From the NCBI GenBank assembly GCA_963422375.2, contig OY729427.2:1152001-1216000 (forward strand): 64,000 nucleotides of DNA. Reading direction: 5' to 3'. Positions 30,974-41,516 of the stretch are shown one piece after another. The notes beneath the pieces were generated by a model. It was not told the DNA's origin. It saw only the letters and a list, made by a program, of their open reading frames with translations, and did not search any database. The stretch is from Bryobacterales bacterium (lineage in GTDB: Bacteria > Acidobacteriota > Terriglobia > Bryobacterales > UBA6623). Each line of letters starts with the position of its first letter. Position 1 is the first letter of the stretch. A program made the translations under genes and the position numbers.

Positions 30974-32843
30974 GTGCTTGTGACAGAACGCGCAAGCCCT
31001 TAGTTTCCGGGCGGTTGCAGCAGATCTGTGGGACGAAGATCGGGGCGATCCGGGCCGGCTTGCGCGTTTCCGGGGGTTGTGCGACAATCTTCGTTGAGGA
31101 ACCGCCCGTGAGGACCGTTCAGGAGATCCAGCTCACCCTTGGCCGGACTGCAATCGAGGATATCGATCTCGACGTCCGTTCCCGCGACGATATCCCGGCC
31201 ATCTTGCTAGGAATACAATTCATCTATCGCACCGAGCAGTTGCGGGACAGGGTTTTCGGACTGCTCGAGAGCCGTATCCTCGGCCTCGGTGAGAGTAGCG
31301 GGAACGGCGGGAACGGCGAGAACGGAAGCGATCCTTCCGCAGGCGAGTGCGGCAGGATCAACCCTGCCGTCGGTCGTCCCGGCATGCAGCTGTGGAATAT
31401 TCTCGTCTTGGGCTTGCTCAAGCAGGGATTGAATTGCGACTACGACCGCGTGACGGAGCTGGCGAACAAGCACGCGGACGTCCGGCGCTTCCTCGGTCTG
31501 AACGCGACGCTCGACGAGCAGGTGTTCAGCTACCGGACAGTCAACCGGAATCTGAAGCTTCTCACGCCCGACCTCCTCGCGGAAATCAATCAGCTGGTGG
31601 TGCGGGAGGGGCACGCACTGGCGGGGTACAAGGAAGGCGATCCGCTGAAGGCGCGGTGCGACTCGTTCGTGGTGGAAACGAACGTGCATTACCCGACGGA
31701 CGTGAGTCTGCTGCGGGACGCGTTGCGCTGCCTGATTCGCTCTATTGCGCCGCTGTGCAAGGGGCGCGGCATCGCGGGCTGGCGGCAGAGCACGCAGCTG
31801 CTGAAGACGCTGAAGCAGAAATTCAACCGGGTGCGGCAGGCGAAGAAGAGGAAAGGCAACCCGGAGAGGGTGCGGTCGTACCTGGAGGCGGCCCTGGAGA
31901 TAGCGCAACGGGCGGAGGGTGCGCTGGCGGCCCTGGCGCAGGCCGGGGAAGACGAGGGAACCCTCAGAGCGGCAAGGAGTTACCTCGGGTACGTGCAGCT
32001 CTTGGCGGACCAAGTGGAGCGGCGCGTGCTGCGAGGGGAGAAGATCCCGCACGAGGAGAAAGTGTTCTCGATCTTTGAGGAACACACGCGCTGGTGCGTG
32101 AAAGGAAAAGCGGGGGTGCCGGTGGAGCTGGGCGTGCCGGTATGCATCGTGGAAAGCGAGCACCGATTCGTGATGAATCACGAAGTGATGTGGAAGGGAA
32201 GCGACGTGGACGTGGCGGTGGGAATCGTCGAGGGAGCGCAGGGGCTGTACGCGGGGTTGTCGAGCTGCAGCTTCGACAAGGGCTTTCACAGCCCGGCGAA
32301 CCGGACGCGCTTGGCGGAACTGCTGTCGTGCAACGCGATGCCACGGAAGGGGAGGCTGTCGAAGGCGGCGAAGGAGATGGAAGGCGCGCCTGAATTCGTG
32401 GCTGCGAGGCAGGCTCACCCGGCCGTGGAGTCGGCGATCAACAATCTCGAGTGCCGCGGTCTGGACAGGGTGATGGACCGGGGAGCGGAGGGATTCGAGC
32501 GGATGATCGGGCTAGCGATCCTGGCGGCGAACGTGCATCGAGTGGGCCGGATCGTGCGCGACAGAGAGCGCGACAGAGAGAGGGAGCGTCTCAAGACGGG
32601 ACCCTTGCCGCTGGCTGCATAGGCAGTCGGCAGCGATCTGAATTGCCCTGAATTTAAACCTTGAAGAGACAAGGTTCAGGAAAAGTGTACAACTAGAACA
32701 GAACTAACTGTATCCTCACAATGAAAATGGAATATGAGGCAATGAGTTCGGTTAATTGGCGCAGACTGTTTCTTCCATAGCTATCATTTAGTCGGGATCT
32801 ATCAGCTAGAATCCCCAAAATATCAGGGTTTTGTCACAAGCAC
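30974..32843 (+). mobile_element. ISNCY (ISDol1-like) insertion sequence, 1870 bp
   Basis: TIRs GTGCTTGTGACAGAAC / GTTTTGTCACAAGCAC; 6-bp direct repeat TAGTTA at 30968-30973 and 32844-32849. Confidence 0.93.
31108..32622 (+). CDS. DDE transposase (ISNCY / IS5-like), apparently intact
   Basis: CDSFVVETNVHYPTD, EKVFSIFEEHT, KGKAGVPVELG, SFDKGF, VESAINNLE; GTG start after GAGGA. Confidence 0.92.
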   Translation: MRTVQEIQLTLGRTAIEDIDLDVRSRDDIPAILLGIQFIYRTEQLRDRVFGLLESRILGLGESSGNGGNGENGSDPSAGECGRINPAVGRPGMQLWNILVLGLLKQGLNCDYDRVTELANKHADVRRFLGLNATLDEQVFSYRTVNRNLKLLTPDLLAEINQLVVREGHALAGYKEGDPLKARCDSFVVETNVHYPTDVSLLRDALRCLIRSIAPLCKGRGIAGWRQSTQLLKTLKQKFNRVRQAKKRKGNPERVRSYLEAALEIAQRAEGALAALAQAGEDEGTLRAARSYLGYVQLLADQVERRVLRGEKIPHEEKVFSIFEEHTRWCVKGKAGVPVELGVPVCIVESEHRFVMNHEVMWKGSDVDVAVGIVEGAQGLYAGLSSCSFDKGFHSPANRTRLAELLSCNAMPRKGRLSKAAKEMEGAPEFVAARQAHPAVESAINNLECRGLDRVMDRGAEGFERMIGLAILAANVHRVGRIVRDRERDRERERLKTGPLPLAA

Positions 32844-32897
32844 TAGTTACCTCACATCCATCGGAAACCCCCTCTCGGATAGATGCAAGGAGATCGC

Positions 32898-34434
32898 TCA
32901 TTGCGGTTTATCAATCTCATTGGTAATCACGGCCCAGCGATTGTGCAGAGCGATGGCTACGTCATCAAAATCGGCCAGATAGAGGCCGGCATCCTCAAGA
33001 CGAATTTCCCTTACAACCGAACCATGAGCAGCACTAGGACGCTCAAGCAACCAAACACCCACCTCGTCCGGACGGATTGAAGTCTCGTTGAGACTTGGTT
33101 GGCCATCAGTCGCTCCCGACAGCTGACTTCCGCGCACAAGATTAGAAAGCTCTTCAAGTACCCACTCACTATGAGTTGTAACGATCACTCGCACACCTGC
33201 ATTCGCGATGGCGACGAGTACCCGCGTGAATTCAACCTGCATCGCCGGGTGAAGATGCGCTTCAGGCTCTTCAACAATCAGCACATTGCCCGGCTGAACG
33301 ATGTGAAGAAAATAGAGGGCTACTGGTGCAAGCTCCGATACCATGGAGGAAGAACTCATCAAGGACAGGTCATTCTTCTAGCCATGAGGGCGGTAGACAA
33401 ACTGAGGATATGACAATTCATCTGGTGACTTCACGCTCACAGATCCTTCCAAGAGGCGCTCCTCAATCCATTGATTTAGATCACGAAATCGTGTTCTACT
33501 ATTGGACTTGAGTCTCGAAAGAGCTACAAGCTGCTCAAGAAAATTGGCCAAGACTCCTGAAAGCATCGGAGTCATGGTAGGAGGTCGGAGACCGGCCATC
33601 GATGCTCGGTTAATCAATGCGCTTACTACGATGCTGCGTGCATGCATTACTCCTGTTCGGTCAGCAGGAAAATAGAATGCTGGCCATGATAACGGACCAA
33701 TCAGATACGGCGAGAATGAGCTAGATATACCCTCCATCATCCACAACGATTTGTCCATTTTCCAGTGATCTTCGTCAGACATCTCTAGTACAATTCGGTC
33801 TGATCGAATCAGACGCCTAGCTGGAACGGAATCTATCGGGACATTGAATTGAGTTTTCTCACCAATAATAGGGTTCATGCTGAGAGAGAGTTTCTCCTTT
33901 CCTATCGATATGGTATGCTCAAATACGCCGGATCTAATCGTGTTTTTCCATCGTAGAATGACACTTTCCACGCCGGATTTTCCCTCACGATCAAGCATGT
34001 GGGCCTCTCTTATTCTACCAAAATATCTTCTTATTTCCTACGTCAAGACTGGGGCTGTTATAGTTCATGATATCGCAAAGCAGCTTTGCCATATAGTCAG
34101 GAAACTGCATTAGTTGATCCGATCCAGACTCCAAATCCTTCCAAGGGCTTGATTCATTCCATCTCTTCAATGCAGAAATCGCGCTTTTCGACAGTGCTGT
34201 CGAGTCAAAGTTAGCGGTGTCTTCATGGTCGAGATTGAGACGATGTCTCATCGGTGAAACTCTGTTGTGGAAGAAACTGTGCAACGCATAGATCAGAATA
34301 GACAAGTAGGACTTTCCTGTGTTGCTCGGCCCGACCAAGACGGTCAGTGGTCGCAAGTCCACCTTGGCCCGGCTGGTCGGCCTGAAGTCAGTTACGTCAA
34401 GCTCAAGGCGGCCAGTGTTGGTCGGATCACTCAT
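32898..34434 (-). pseudogene. ABC/AAA_15-21-type ATPase, broken by a frameshift (~34040) and an in-frame TAG (33378)
   Basis: Walker A GPSNTGKS (34015..34434), FPADRTG (33378..33998), SSSMVSEL, Walker B LIVEEPEAHLHP and TTHS (32898..33362). Confidence 0.88.
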
Positions 34435-35145
34435 GTCGCTACCCTCTCTTGCCAGCGCTTACTACAGGTAGGCATGAAGGCACAGGTCTTCATCGCTCAA
34501 TACTAGAGTGAAGCTGCTGCGTCGACAACTTAGATGCGCGGATCGACGGGCTAGAGGAGTCCGTCCTAGCGATCCGAGGGCGGGGAGTGTGCGAGTGGGC
34601 CTTGGAAGCAGGGACGACGCTGAACGGAGCCTCTGGCCGGCTTGCTGCACCGGCGTACCTGCTCGGCGGTTTCGCCTCGAGCCGTTGACAGCGGTAGCCT
34701 CATAGATCGGTTTGCAGCTGCGAATCACAAAGGTCGAGCCGATCATGCGATTCGATCCGTGTTGGCGCACGGTGGCGATTCGGTTCGTGTCGATGACATC
34801 CTTCGGCGCGACTCCCTGAGGAATCCGTCTTGGGGCCGAATCGAGCGGGCCACGGCAGTACGCCAGATGGGTTAACGATAGCGACTCCTAGCAAGGTTAT
34901 CGGCGGACGAGGCGTAGTCGAGCGAGGTGAGCCGCGTGCGGCGATGAGCCGACGGGTGGTCGACACACTCCGAACCGTCAGGTTCCGATCAGTCCTCAGG
35001 AGCCGGCTGGGACCCGAGCCGCAGCGATAATGCATTGCCCGCCGGCCTAGCCTGGATTATCGCCGCATCGGCTGCTACACGACCGCGTCCGCTCCAGCGG
35101 CGTCAGCTGGCAAGACGCGGACAAGGGGACGAGCAGGCGCGGGCG

Positions 35146-36558
35146 TCAGGCAAGCGCTTCGGAGATAAGCTTGCCGCCGTTGATCGTGGGACGTTCCGAG
35201 CGTCCGTTGTGGAGGTAGGTCAGGCTCAAGTGGTCGAGGCCGAGCAGGTGCAGAATCGTGGCATGAATGTCATGCACGTGGTAAGGCGACTCCTCGGCTC
35301 GCAGGCCGAGCTCGTCGGTCGTGCCGACGGCCTGGCCTCCCTTGATGCCGCCTCCCGCCATCCAGATCGTGAACCCCCAAGGGTTGTGGTCGCGTCCGTC
35401 GGCCTGCTCGTTGAAAGGCGTGCGACCGAATTCCCCACCCCAGATCACGAGCGTCTCGTCCAGCAGGCCGCGAGACTTGAGATCCGCCAGCAGCCCGGCG
35501 ATGGGCTTGTCTGAGACACCGCACCACTTGGTATGGTTCTCCTCGATCCTGCGGTGCGCGTCCCAGCCGCCGCAGTATGCCTGCACGAAGCGCACGCCGC
35601 GCTCGACCAGCCTGCGGGCCAGCAGCAGGTTCCGCCCGTACAGGGCAGTGGGCTCCTCGTCCATGCCGTACAGCTTCTTGGTGCTCTCCGACTCCCTAGC
35701 CAGGTCGACCGCCTCGGGCGCGTGCGCCTGCATCCGATAGGCCAGTTCGTAGGACCGCAGCCGGGCGTCCAGCTCGGACTCGGCCGGATGCTTCTCCGCG
35801 TGATGGGAATTCAGCCTAGCCAGCAGGTCAAGCTTGCCTCGTTGCTGGCTCCGACCGACCGCTTCGGGTGTCTCGAGATCGAGGATCGGCGCGCCTTCGC
35901 GCTTGAACATCGTGCCCTGAAACGTCGCCGGGAGGAATCCCGCGCTCCAGTTCTTCGAGCCGCCGTTGATGCGCACCTCGTCATTGAGCACCACGAAGGA
36001 CGGCAGGTTGCGGTTCGCCGACCCGAGTCCGTAGGTCACCCAAGCTCCCAAGGACGGTCGCCCGGCGAGGATCGAGCCGGTGTTCATCTGGCAGACCGAG
36101 CCCACGTGGTTGAGACCGTCCGCGTGGCAGGACCGGATCACCGCTAGATCGTCGACATGCCGGGCGACGTGCGGATACCAGTTCGAAACCCACAGGCCGC
36201 TCTGGCCGTGGCGCGCCCAGGTCCGCTGCGACGGCATGATCGTGTTATGGGCAGTGCCGGGCATTGCGGTAAGCGGCCTGCCGTACGATGCGGGCAGGGG
36301 CTGGCCGGCGTACTCCTCCAGCGCGGGCTTGGGGTCGAAGGTGTCGAGGTGGCTCGGGCCCCCTTCCATGAAGCACCAGATGACGGATTTCGCCGCGGGC
36401 CTATGGTGAGGCTCCCGCGGAGATAACGGGTCGCCGCTCGCGCTGGCCGCCTCGGCGTCCAGAGCTGCCAAGGCAAGCGCCCCCAAGCCTCCCGACGCCT
36501 GGCTCAGGAACGCCCGGCGGGATCTCACGGCTGTCGGGTTGGCGGCCTTCGCGCGCAT
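35146..36558 (-). CDS. DUF1501 domain protein (Tat-exported)
   Basis: SRRAFL, FMEGGPSHLDTFDPKP, LLARRLVERGVRFV, WGGEFGRTP, GRDHNP. Confidence 0.93.
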   Translation of the reverse strand: MRAKAANPTAVRSRRAFLSQASGGLGALALAALDAEAASASGDPLSPREPHHRPAAKSVIWCFMEGGPSHLDTFDPKPALEEYAGQPLPASYGRPLTAMPGTAHNTIMPSQRTWARHGQSGLWVSNWYPHVARHVDDLAVIRSCHADGLNHVGSVCQMNTGSILAGRPSLGAWVTYGLGSANRNLPSFVVLNDEVRINGGSKNWSAGFLPATFQGTMFKREGAPILDLETPEAVGRSQQRGKLDLLARLNSHHAEKHPAESELDARLRSYELAYRMQAHAPEAVDLARESESTKKLYGMDEEPTALYGRNLLLARRLVERGVRFVQAYCGGWDAHRRIEENHTKWCGVSDKPIAGLLADLKSRGLLDETLVIWGGEFGRTPFNEQADGRDHNPWGFTIWMAGGGIKGGQAVGTTDELGLRAEESPYHVHDIHATILHLLGLDHLSLTYLHNGRSERPTINGGKLISEALA

Positions 36559-36583
36559 TGCAGGTCCCTCCGTACGACTCTGG

Positions 36584-38827
36584 TCAGTTCCGATAGACGA
36601 ACTCGTTGGAATTCAGCAGCATGTGGCAGAAGTCCACGACCGCGGCCGCTTCGGCCACGGTCATGGGTGCCGGGACCGAGTCGGGCAGGAGCAGCGGCTC
36701 GCCCGCCTCGGCGCGCTCGGCGACGATTTCGCGCTGCGTCTCGAAGAACGTCAGCACGGTGTCCCTCTCCCAGCCGTCGGGAGCCCTGTTGTAGGCGAGC
36801 CGGAAACCCGCATCTACCTGCCGGGCGCGGTCGGCGCCGGCCTTCTCCAGGACGCGACTCGCCATGCCCTGCGCCCAAGCGAGCGTATGCTCGCTGTTGA
36901 GCAGCGAGAGCGCCTGCGGCGCCGTGGTGGTCGTCGAGCGGCGCGCGCAGGACTCGTGAGTGTCCGGCATGTCGAACGACTCCAGCATCGGGTAGCGCGA
37001 GTTGCGTCGCACGAAGACGTACACGCTGCGACGGTCCTGCGCATGGCTCCGCTCGGGCACGTCCCAGCCCCCGCGCGGTTCCGCCGCGCCGAGCGGCAGG
37101 GCCGGAAATACGCTCGGGCCGCCGACGCCGTAGTGCAGCCGGCCCGACACCGCCAGCATGGAATCCCGGATCACCTCGCCCTCGAGCCTCTGCGGCGGGA
37201 AGCGCCAGAGCAGGCGGTTGAGCGGATCGGCCTCGCTGGCGGCCTCGCGGAAGGCGGAAGACTGCCGGTAGGTCTCGGAATTCATGATCAGGCGATGCAG
37301 GCGCTTCAGCCTCCAGCCCCCTCGGACGAACTCCGCGGCCAGCCAGTCCAATAGCCGCGGGTGCGTCGGCCGCTCGCCCATCAGGCCGAAATCGCTGGGC
37401 GTGCGGACGATGCCCTGCCCGAAGTGGTAGTGCCACACGCGGTTGACGAGCACGCGGGCCGTCAGCGGGTTATCCGGCCGTGTCAGCCACTGCGCCAGCG
37501 CCGTGCGCCGCCCCGAGGAGCGCCCGCCACGGGCGGGGGCATAGGCGGCGGGCCCGGGATCCAGCAGGGTCAGGAAGCCGGGCTCGACCTCCTCGAGCGG
37601 AGCGGCGTAGTTGGCGAACGAGAGGACATGCGTCTTCGGCACATCGGCACCGAGCTCCTGGATGCCGACCCCAACCGGCAGCGGCTCCGGCTTGAGATGG
37701 TCCAGATCCGCCAGCTCGGACTGCAGCCGGGCATAGCGCTCCTTGGCCTCGCCCTTCAGCGAGCCAGCCAGCCGGGCGTCGTTGTGGTACCCCATCTGCC
37801 AGATGTGCTGCTGGAACAGAAGACGCTCGTACATCGAGCGGTCGGACGCGGCCTTGCCGAAGGCGGCCTGCGTTTCCGGCGCACGCCGGTCCACCTGCGT
37901 CTGGAAGGCCTCCTTGCGCTTCTCGTCTAGCAGCTCGTCGATTTGAGCGCGGATTTCGCGGGTGGCCTCTTCCCATGCCGCCTGGCGGCGGCCGTGCTCC
38001 GCTCGCCGACGCTCGTCATAGAGGTGGACCTCGTCGTCCCGGGCGACGTTGGTGAAGAACGCCTGCAAGCGGTAGTAGTCCTTCTGCAGGATCGGGTCGA
38101 ACTTGTGGTCGTGGCACTTGGCGCACCCGTAGGTGAGGCCCATGAACACCGCTCCGACGGTGTCGGTGATGTCGAGCAGGACCTCCTGCCGCCGCTGCAT
38201 CAGGATGGCGGCGTTCGACTCGTCGGGGTAATGCCGGTTGAAACCGGTGGCGATGCGTGCCTGCGGGCTGTCGGGCCACAGCTCGTCGCCGGCGATCTGC
38301 TCCTGGACGAACCGGTCGTAGGGCTTGTCGGCGTTGAGCGAATCGATGACGTAGTCGCGGTAGCGCCATGCGTAAGGTCGCGTCTCGTCGGACTTGAAGC
38401 CCTCGCTCTCGGCGTAGCGGGCCAGGTCCAACCAGTGGCGCGCCCAGCGCTCGCCGTAGCGGGGCGAGGCCAGCAAGCGGTCCACCACACGGGCAAACGC
38501 TTCCGGCGCGTCATCGGCTAGAAAGGCCTCGACCTCCTCGGGGGACGGCGGCAGGCCGTGGAGATCGAAGGTCGCCCGCCGGATCAGCGTGACCTTGTCC
38601 GCGCGCGGCCCCGGCGCGATGCGTCGCCCGGCCATGCGCGACACGACGAACGCGTCCACCGGACTGGCTCCCGTCGACAGAGGGGCCTCCGCGGCAGCGA
38701 GGGGCTGGAACGCCCAGTGCGCACGCTGATGCTCGGTAAACTGCGGACCGGCGGTCGATCCGCTGACCTGCGCCGCTACCGCCAAGGCCCCGACCAAGAA
38801 GCAGATTGGGGCGACTCGCTGATGCAT
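36584..38827 (-). CDS. DUF1549/DUF1553 (PSCyt2/PSD1) domain protein
   Basis: HWAFQP, YGERWARHWLDLARYA, CAKCHDHKFDP heme motif, NPLTARV, HPRLLDWLA, QAL.LLN. Confidence 0.94.
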   Translation of the reverse strand: MHQRVAPICFLVGALAVAAQVSGSTAGPQFTEHQRAHWAFQPLAAAEAPLSTGASPVDAFVVSRMAGRRIAPGPRADKVTLIRRATFDLHGLPPSPEEVEAFLADDAPEAFARVVDRLLASPRYGERWARHWLDLARYAESEGFKSDETRPYAWRYRDYVIDSLNADKPYDRFVQEQIAGDELWPDSPQARIATGFNRHYPDESNAAILMQRRQEVLLDITDTVGAVFMGLTYGCAKCHDHKFDPILQKDYYRLQAFFTNVARDDEVHLYDERRRAEHGRRQAAWEEATREIRAQIDELLDEKRKEAFQTQVDRRAPETQAAFGKAASDRSMYERLLFQQHIWQMGYHNDARLAGSLKGEAKERYARLQSELADLDHLKPEPLPVGVGIQELGADVPKTHVLSFANYAAPLEEVEPGFLTLLDPGPAAYAPARGGRSSGRRTALAQWLTRPDNPLTARVLVNRVWHYHFGQGIVRTPSDFGLMGERPTHPRLLDWLAAEFVRGGWRLKRLHRLIMNSETYRQSSAFREAASEADPLNRLLWRFPPQRLEGEVIRDSMLAVSGRLHYGVGGPSVFPALPLGAAEPRGGWDVPERSHAQDRRSVYVFVRRNSRYPMLESFDMPDTHESCARRSTTTTAPQALSLLNSEHTLAWAQGMASRVLEKAGADRARQVDAGFRLAYNRAPDGWERDTVLTFFETQREIVAERAEAGEPLLLPDSVPAPMTVAEAAAVVDFCHMLLNSNEFVYRN

Positions 38828-39078
38828 GGGCAGTTTCTCCGGTGGGACGCGCGATCACAATCCCAATCACTTACACTATAGTCCTCGCGGCACCTGCAAA
38901 CGCAGGATTTCCGGTCCTTTCCGAGACCAATAGCGCCCTTGCCAGGCCCTAGGCGACGGATGGCCCGCAGGTTTTCCGGGCCGGGGCTCCTGGGCCGCCT
39001 CGGCCGTTTACGAGGGCCGGTCTTGACGGGTTGGTCCGGCAGTTGCCATGATTGGACGCGCCAATGCCGCGGCCAACC

Positions 39079-40023
39079 ATGACGTCGAGACTCTGCCTTC
39101 TGCTCGCCTGCGCCGTGTCCGTCGCGATAGCCGAGGACGAGGCGTTCAACGGGCGGTGGATCATAGAAGCGCTCGGCGACAACGGCGGCCGGGCCCTGTG
39201 GCTCGAAGTGAACGGAGCCGGCGGGGGCTCGATCAGCGGATCCATGGTCGGAGCCGGGCCCGGCGGCCAGCTCGACCCCATCCGCGAAGCGCGCGTCGAG
39301 GGAGGCCAGCTGCGCTTCCACCTAGAGCGCACGCAGCGGCGAGGCCCAGGCTCGGTGATACGGACCGAAGTCGAGGCTGCCCTGCACGGCGAGCGGCTCG
39401 TCGGCGTGGCGAACCGCTCTCGCGGAGCGCTGCTGTGGGTCGGGCAGCGAGCGCCGGTCATCGCCGAGCGCGACGACGGTACGTGGAGGGAAGGCGCCCC
39501 GGTCGAGCTATTTGACGGGAAGGGGATCGACGGCTGGCACGCGCTGCGGCCGGGTCGCGAGGACGGCTGGTACGCGGAGAACGGCATCCTCAAGAACCGC
39601 CGCAACGCCGACGTGCTCGTATCGGACGCTAGGTTCTGGAATTTCCGCCTGCAGGTCGAGCTGCTGGTGCATCCGGGGATGAACGGGGGGATCGGGCTGC
39701 GCGGCCGCTACGAGGTGCAGCTGCTCGACGATTTCGGGCAGCCGGCGAGCGACCACGGTAACGGTGCGCTCTACGGTCGGATCGCCCCGAGCGTCAACGC
39801 CAGCCGCCGCGCCGGGGAGTGGCAGGCCTTCGACATCCGGCTGGTCGGGCGCGAGCTCACGGTCGTGCTGAACGGCGTCAAGACCATCGACCGCATCCCG
39901 GTCGATGGATTCACGGCAATGGCGACCGACTGGCGAGAAGGCGAGCCGGGGCCGATCACGCTGCAGGGAGATCACGGCGCCATCGAATTCCGCAAGATCC
40001 GCGTGACGCCTCTGACTCGGTGA
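39079..40023 (+). CDS. DUF1080 (3-keto-disaccharide hydrolase) domain protein
   Basis: Signal peptide; LFDGK, NGGIGLRGRYEVQL, GEWQAFDI, ITLQGDHG..EFRKI. Confidence 0.9.
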   Translation: MTSRLCLLLACAVSVAIAEDEAFNGRWIIEALGDNGGRALWLEVNGAGGGSISGSMVGAGPGGQLDPIREARVEGGQLRFHLERTQRRGPGSVIRTEVEAALHGERLVGVANRSRGALLWVGQRAPVIAERDDGTWREGAPVELFDGKGIDGWHALRPGREDGWYAENGILKNRRNADVLVSDARFWNFRLQVELLVHPGMNGGIGLRGRYEVQLLDDFGQPASDHGNGALYGRIAPSVNASRRAGEWQAFDIRLVGRELTVVLNGVKTIDRIPVDGFTAMATDWREGEPGPITLQGDHGAIEFRKIRVTPLTR

Positions 40024-41516
40024 CCCGAAGGAGCCTAGCGGCCGCGGCGGGCCTGCTTGCCTTCGCCCTGTACCTAGCGCCGATCCCCCGGCGAGGGCTA
40101 GTTGGCCCGGACGAACCGCGCTACGCCTCGATTGCCAGGGAGATGGCGGAATCGGGGGACTTCGTCACGCCCGTCCTGTGGGGCGAGCCCTGGTTCGAGA
40201 AGCCCGCCCTGCTGTTCTGGCTGGGGGCTGCGGGTCGGCTGGCCGGACTCGACGACTACACCAGGGTCCCGGTGGCCTTGGGCTGCATCGCGTTCCTCGC
40301 ATTCCTGTACCGGACGGTGCGCAGGGAGTTCGACCGGGAGACTGCGGTCGCGGCAACCTGCGTTCTGGCAACCTCGGCGGGTTGGGTCGCCTACGCCGAC
40401 GCGGGAGTGTTCGACGGGCCGCTGGCGGCGCTCGTGTCGGCCTCGCTGCTCTGCCTGCTGCCGTGGGTACGCGACCCCGACGGAGCCGACAAGCGCTGGA
40501 TCTCCTGCTTCGGAGCCCTGCTGGGGCTGGGCGTGCTGGCCAAGGGCCTGGTCGCGCCGGCGATCGCGGCGGCGGCGATTCTGCCGGTGGCGTGGCGCGA
40601 CCCGCGGCGCGTCCTCGCGCTGCTCGGGTTCCGGGCGCTGGCACCGTTCGCCGTCGCCTGCCTGCCCTGGTACGCCGCGTGCTACTGGCGGAACGGCGCG
40701 GTCTTCGTCGAGGAATTCATCCTGCGGCATCACTGGGAGCGCTTCATCAGCTCCTCCCTCCAGCACGTGCAGCCATGGTGGTTCTTTCTGCCGGTGCTGC
40801 TGGCGTTCCTCCTCCCGTGGGCGCCGCTCCTGCTCGGCCTGCGCCTGGAGCCGCTCCGGGCCGACCCGCGGCTGCAGTTCCTGGCGGCATGGGCGCTGGG
40901 CACGGTCGTTTTCTTTTCGGCGTCCGTCAACAAGCTGCCCGCGTACGTGCTGCCGGCCGTCCCGCCCCTGGCGATCCTGCTGGCCGTTCGGTGGCGCGAG
41001 CGTCCCCGGAGGGGTCTCCTAGCGGCCTCGGCCTGCTCGCTGCTGCTAGTCCCGCTGGCGGGAGAGCTGCTGCCCGCGGGCCTCGCCGACGGCATCACGC
41101 GGGCGGTGCGGCAGCTCGAGCCGAGCGCCTCGGTGCCGGCCGGCCTGACGGGCCTCGCGCTAGCGGCCGCGGCCGTCGCCGCCGCGACCCGGGCGAGGCC
41201 TGCGCTGGCGCTCCCGGCGGTGGCCGCCCTCGCGGCAGTCTCGCTCGCCGGGCTCAAGTTCCAGACGTATCCCGCCGCCAGCAGGCTCGCGGGCGCTCGC
41301 GAGTTCTTCCTGGCGAACGCGGCGCGCACGGGCGAGGCCTGCCTCGGCGAGGCGCGCCGCCACGTCGCCTACGGGCTGCGCCACTACAGCCGGGATTCCA
41401 TCCCGCCCTGCGAGGAGCGGCCGCGGCCGCTGCGGATCGAAGGCGACCCGCCCCGCATCGCGCCGAGCGCCGCGGGGACGGAGCCGCCCCGCGAGCCTAC
41501 GCGAGTTCCTCCATGA
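40020..41516 (+). CDS. ArnT/GT83-like membrane glycosyltransferase
   Basis: PDEPRYASIAREM, WFEKP, LAKG, HVQPWWFF, NKLPAYVLP; GTG overlaps the upstream stop. Confidence 0.88.
   Translation: MTRRSLAAAAGLLAFALYLAPIPRRGLVGPDEPRYASIAREMAESGDFVTPVLWGEPWFEKPALLFWLGAAGRLAGLDDYTRVPVALGCIAFLAFLYRTVRREFDRETAVAATCVLATSAGWVAYADAGVFDGPLAALVSASLLCLLPWVRDPDGADKRWISCFGALLGLGVLAKGLVAPAIAAAAILPVAWRDPRRVLALLGFRALAPFAVACLPWYAACYWRNGAVFVEEFILRHHWERFISSSLQHVQPWWFFLPVLLAFLLPWAPLLLGLRLEPLRADPRLQFLAAWALGTVVFFSASVNKLPAYVLPAVPPLAILLAVRWRERPRRGLLAASACSLLLVPLAGELLPAGLADGITRAVRQLEPSASVPAGLTGLALAAAAVAAATRARPALALPAVAALAAVSLAGLKFQTYPAASRLAGAREFFLANAARTGEACLGEARRHVAYGLRHYSRDSIPPCEERPRPLRIEGDPPRIAPSAAGTEPPREPTRVPP

Larger units (their letters stand above)
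30513..32901 (-). pseudogene. Small PD-(D/E)xK-like nuclease, interrupted by an IS and carrying a premature stop
   Basis: Removing IS 30974-32843 plus one TAGTTA gives in-frame MSDLLASIREGVSDGCEVTRCREQGC...RCDYL...LL*FKQGK...SQLKGG; ATG overlaps the ATPase stop. Confidence 0.72.

Noticed and set aside
34440..35140. 700-bp gap between the ATPase and DUF1501 genes
   Set aside because: No convincing ORF, repeat or RNA motif could be identified by eye.
35146..38827. DUF1549/DUF1553 plus DUF1501 pair as a novel system
   Set aside because: A common, multi-copy gene pair in Planctomycetota and Acidobacteriota; function unknown but not new here.
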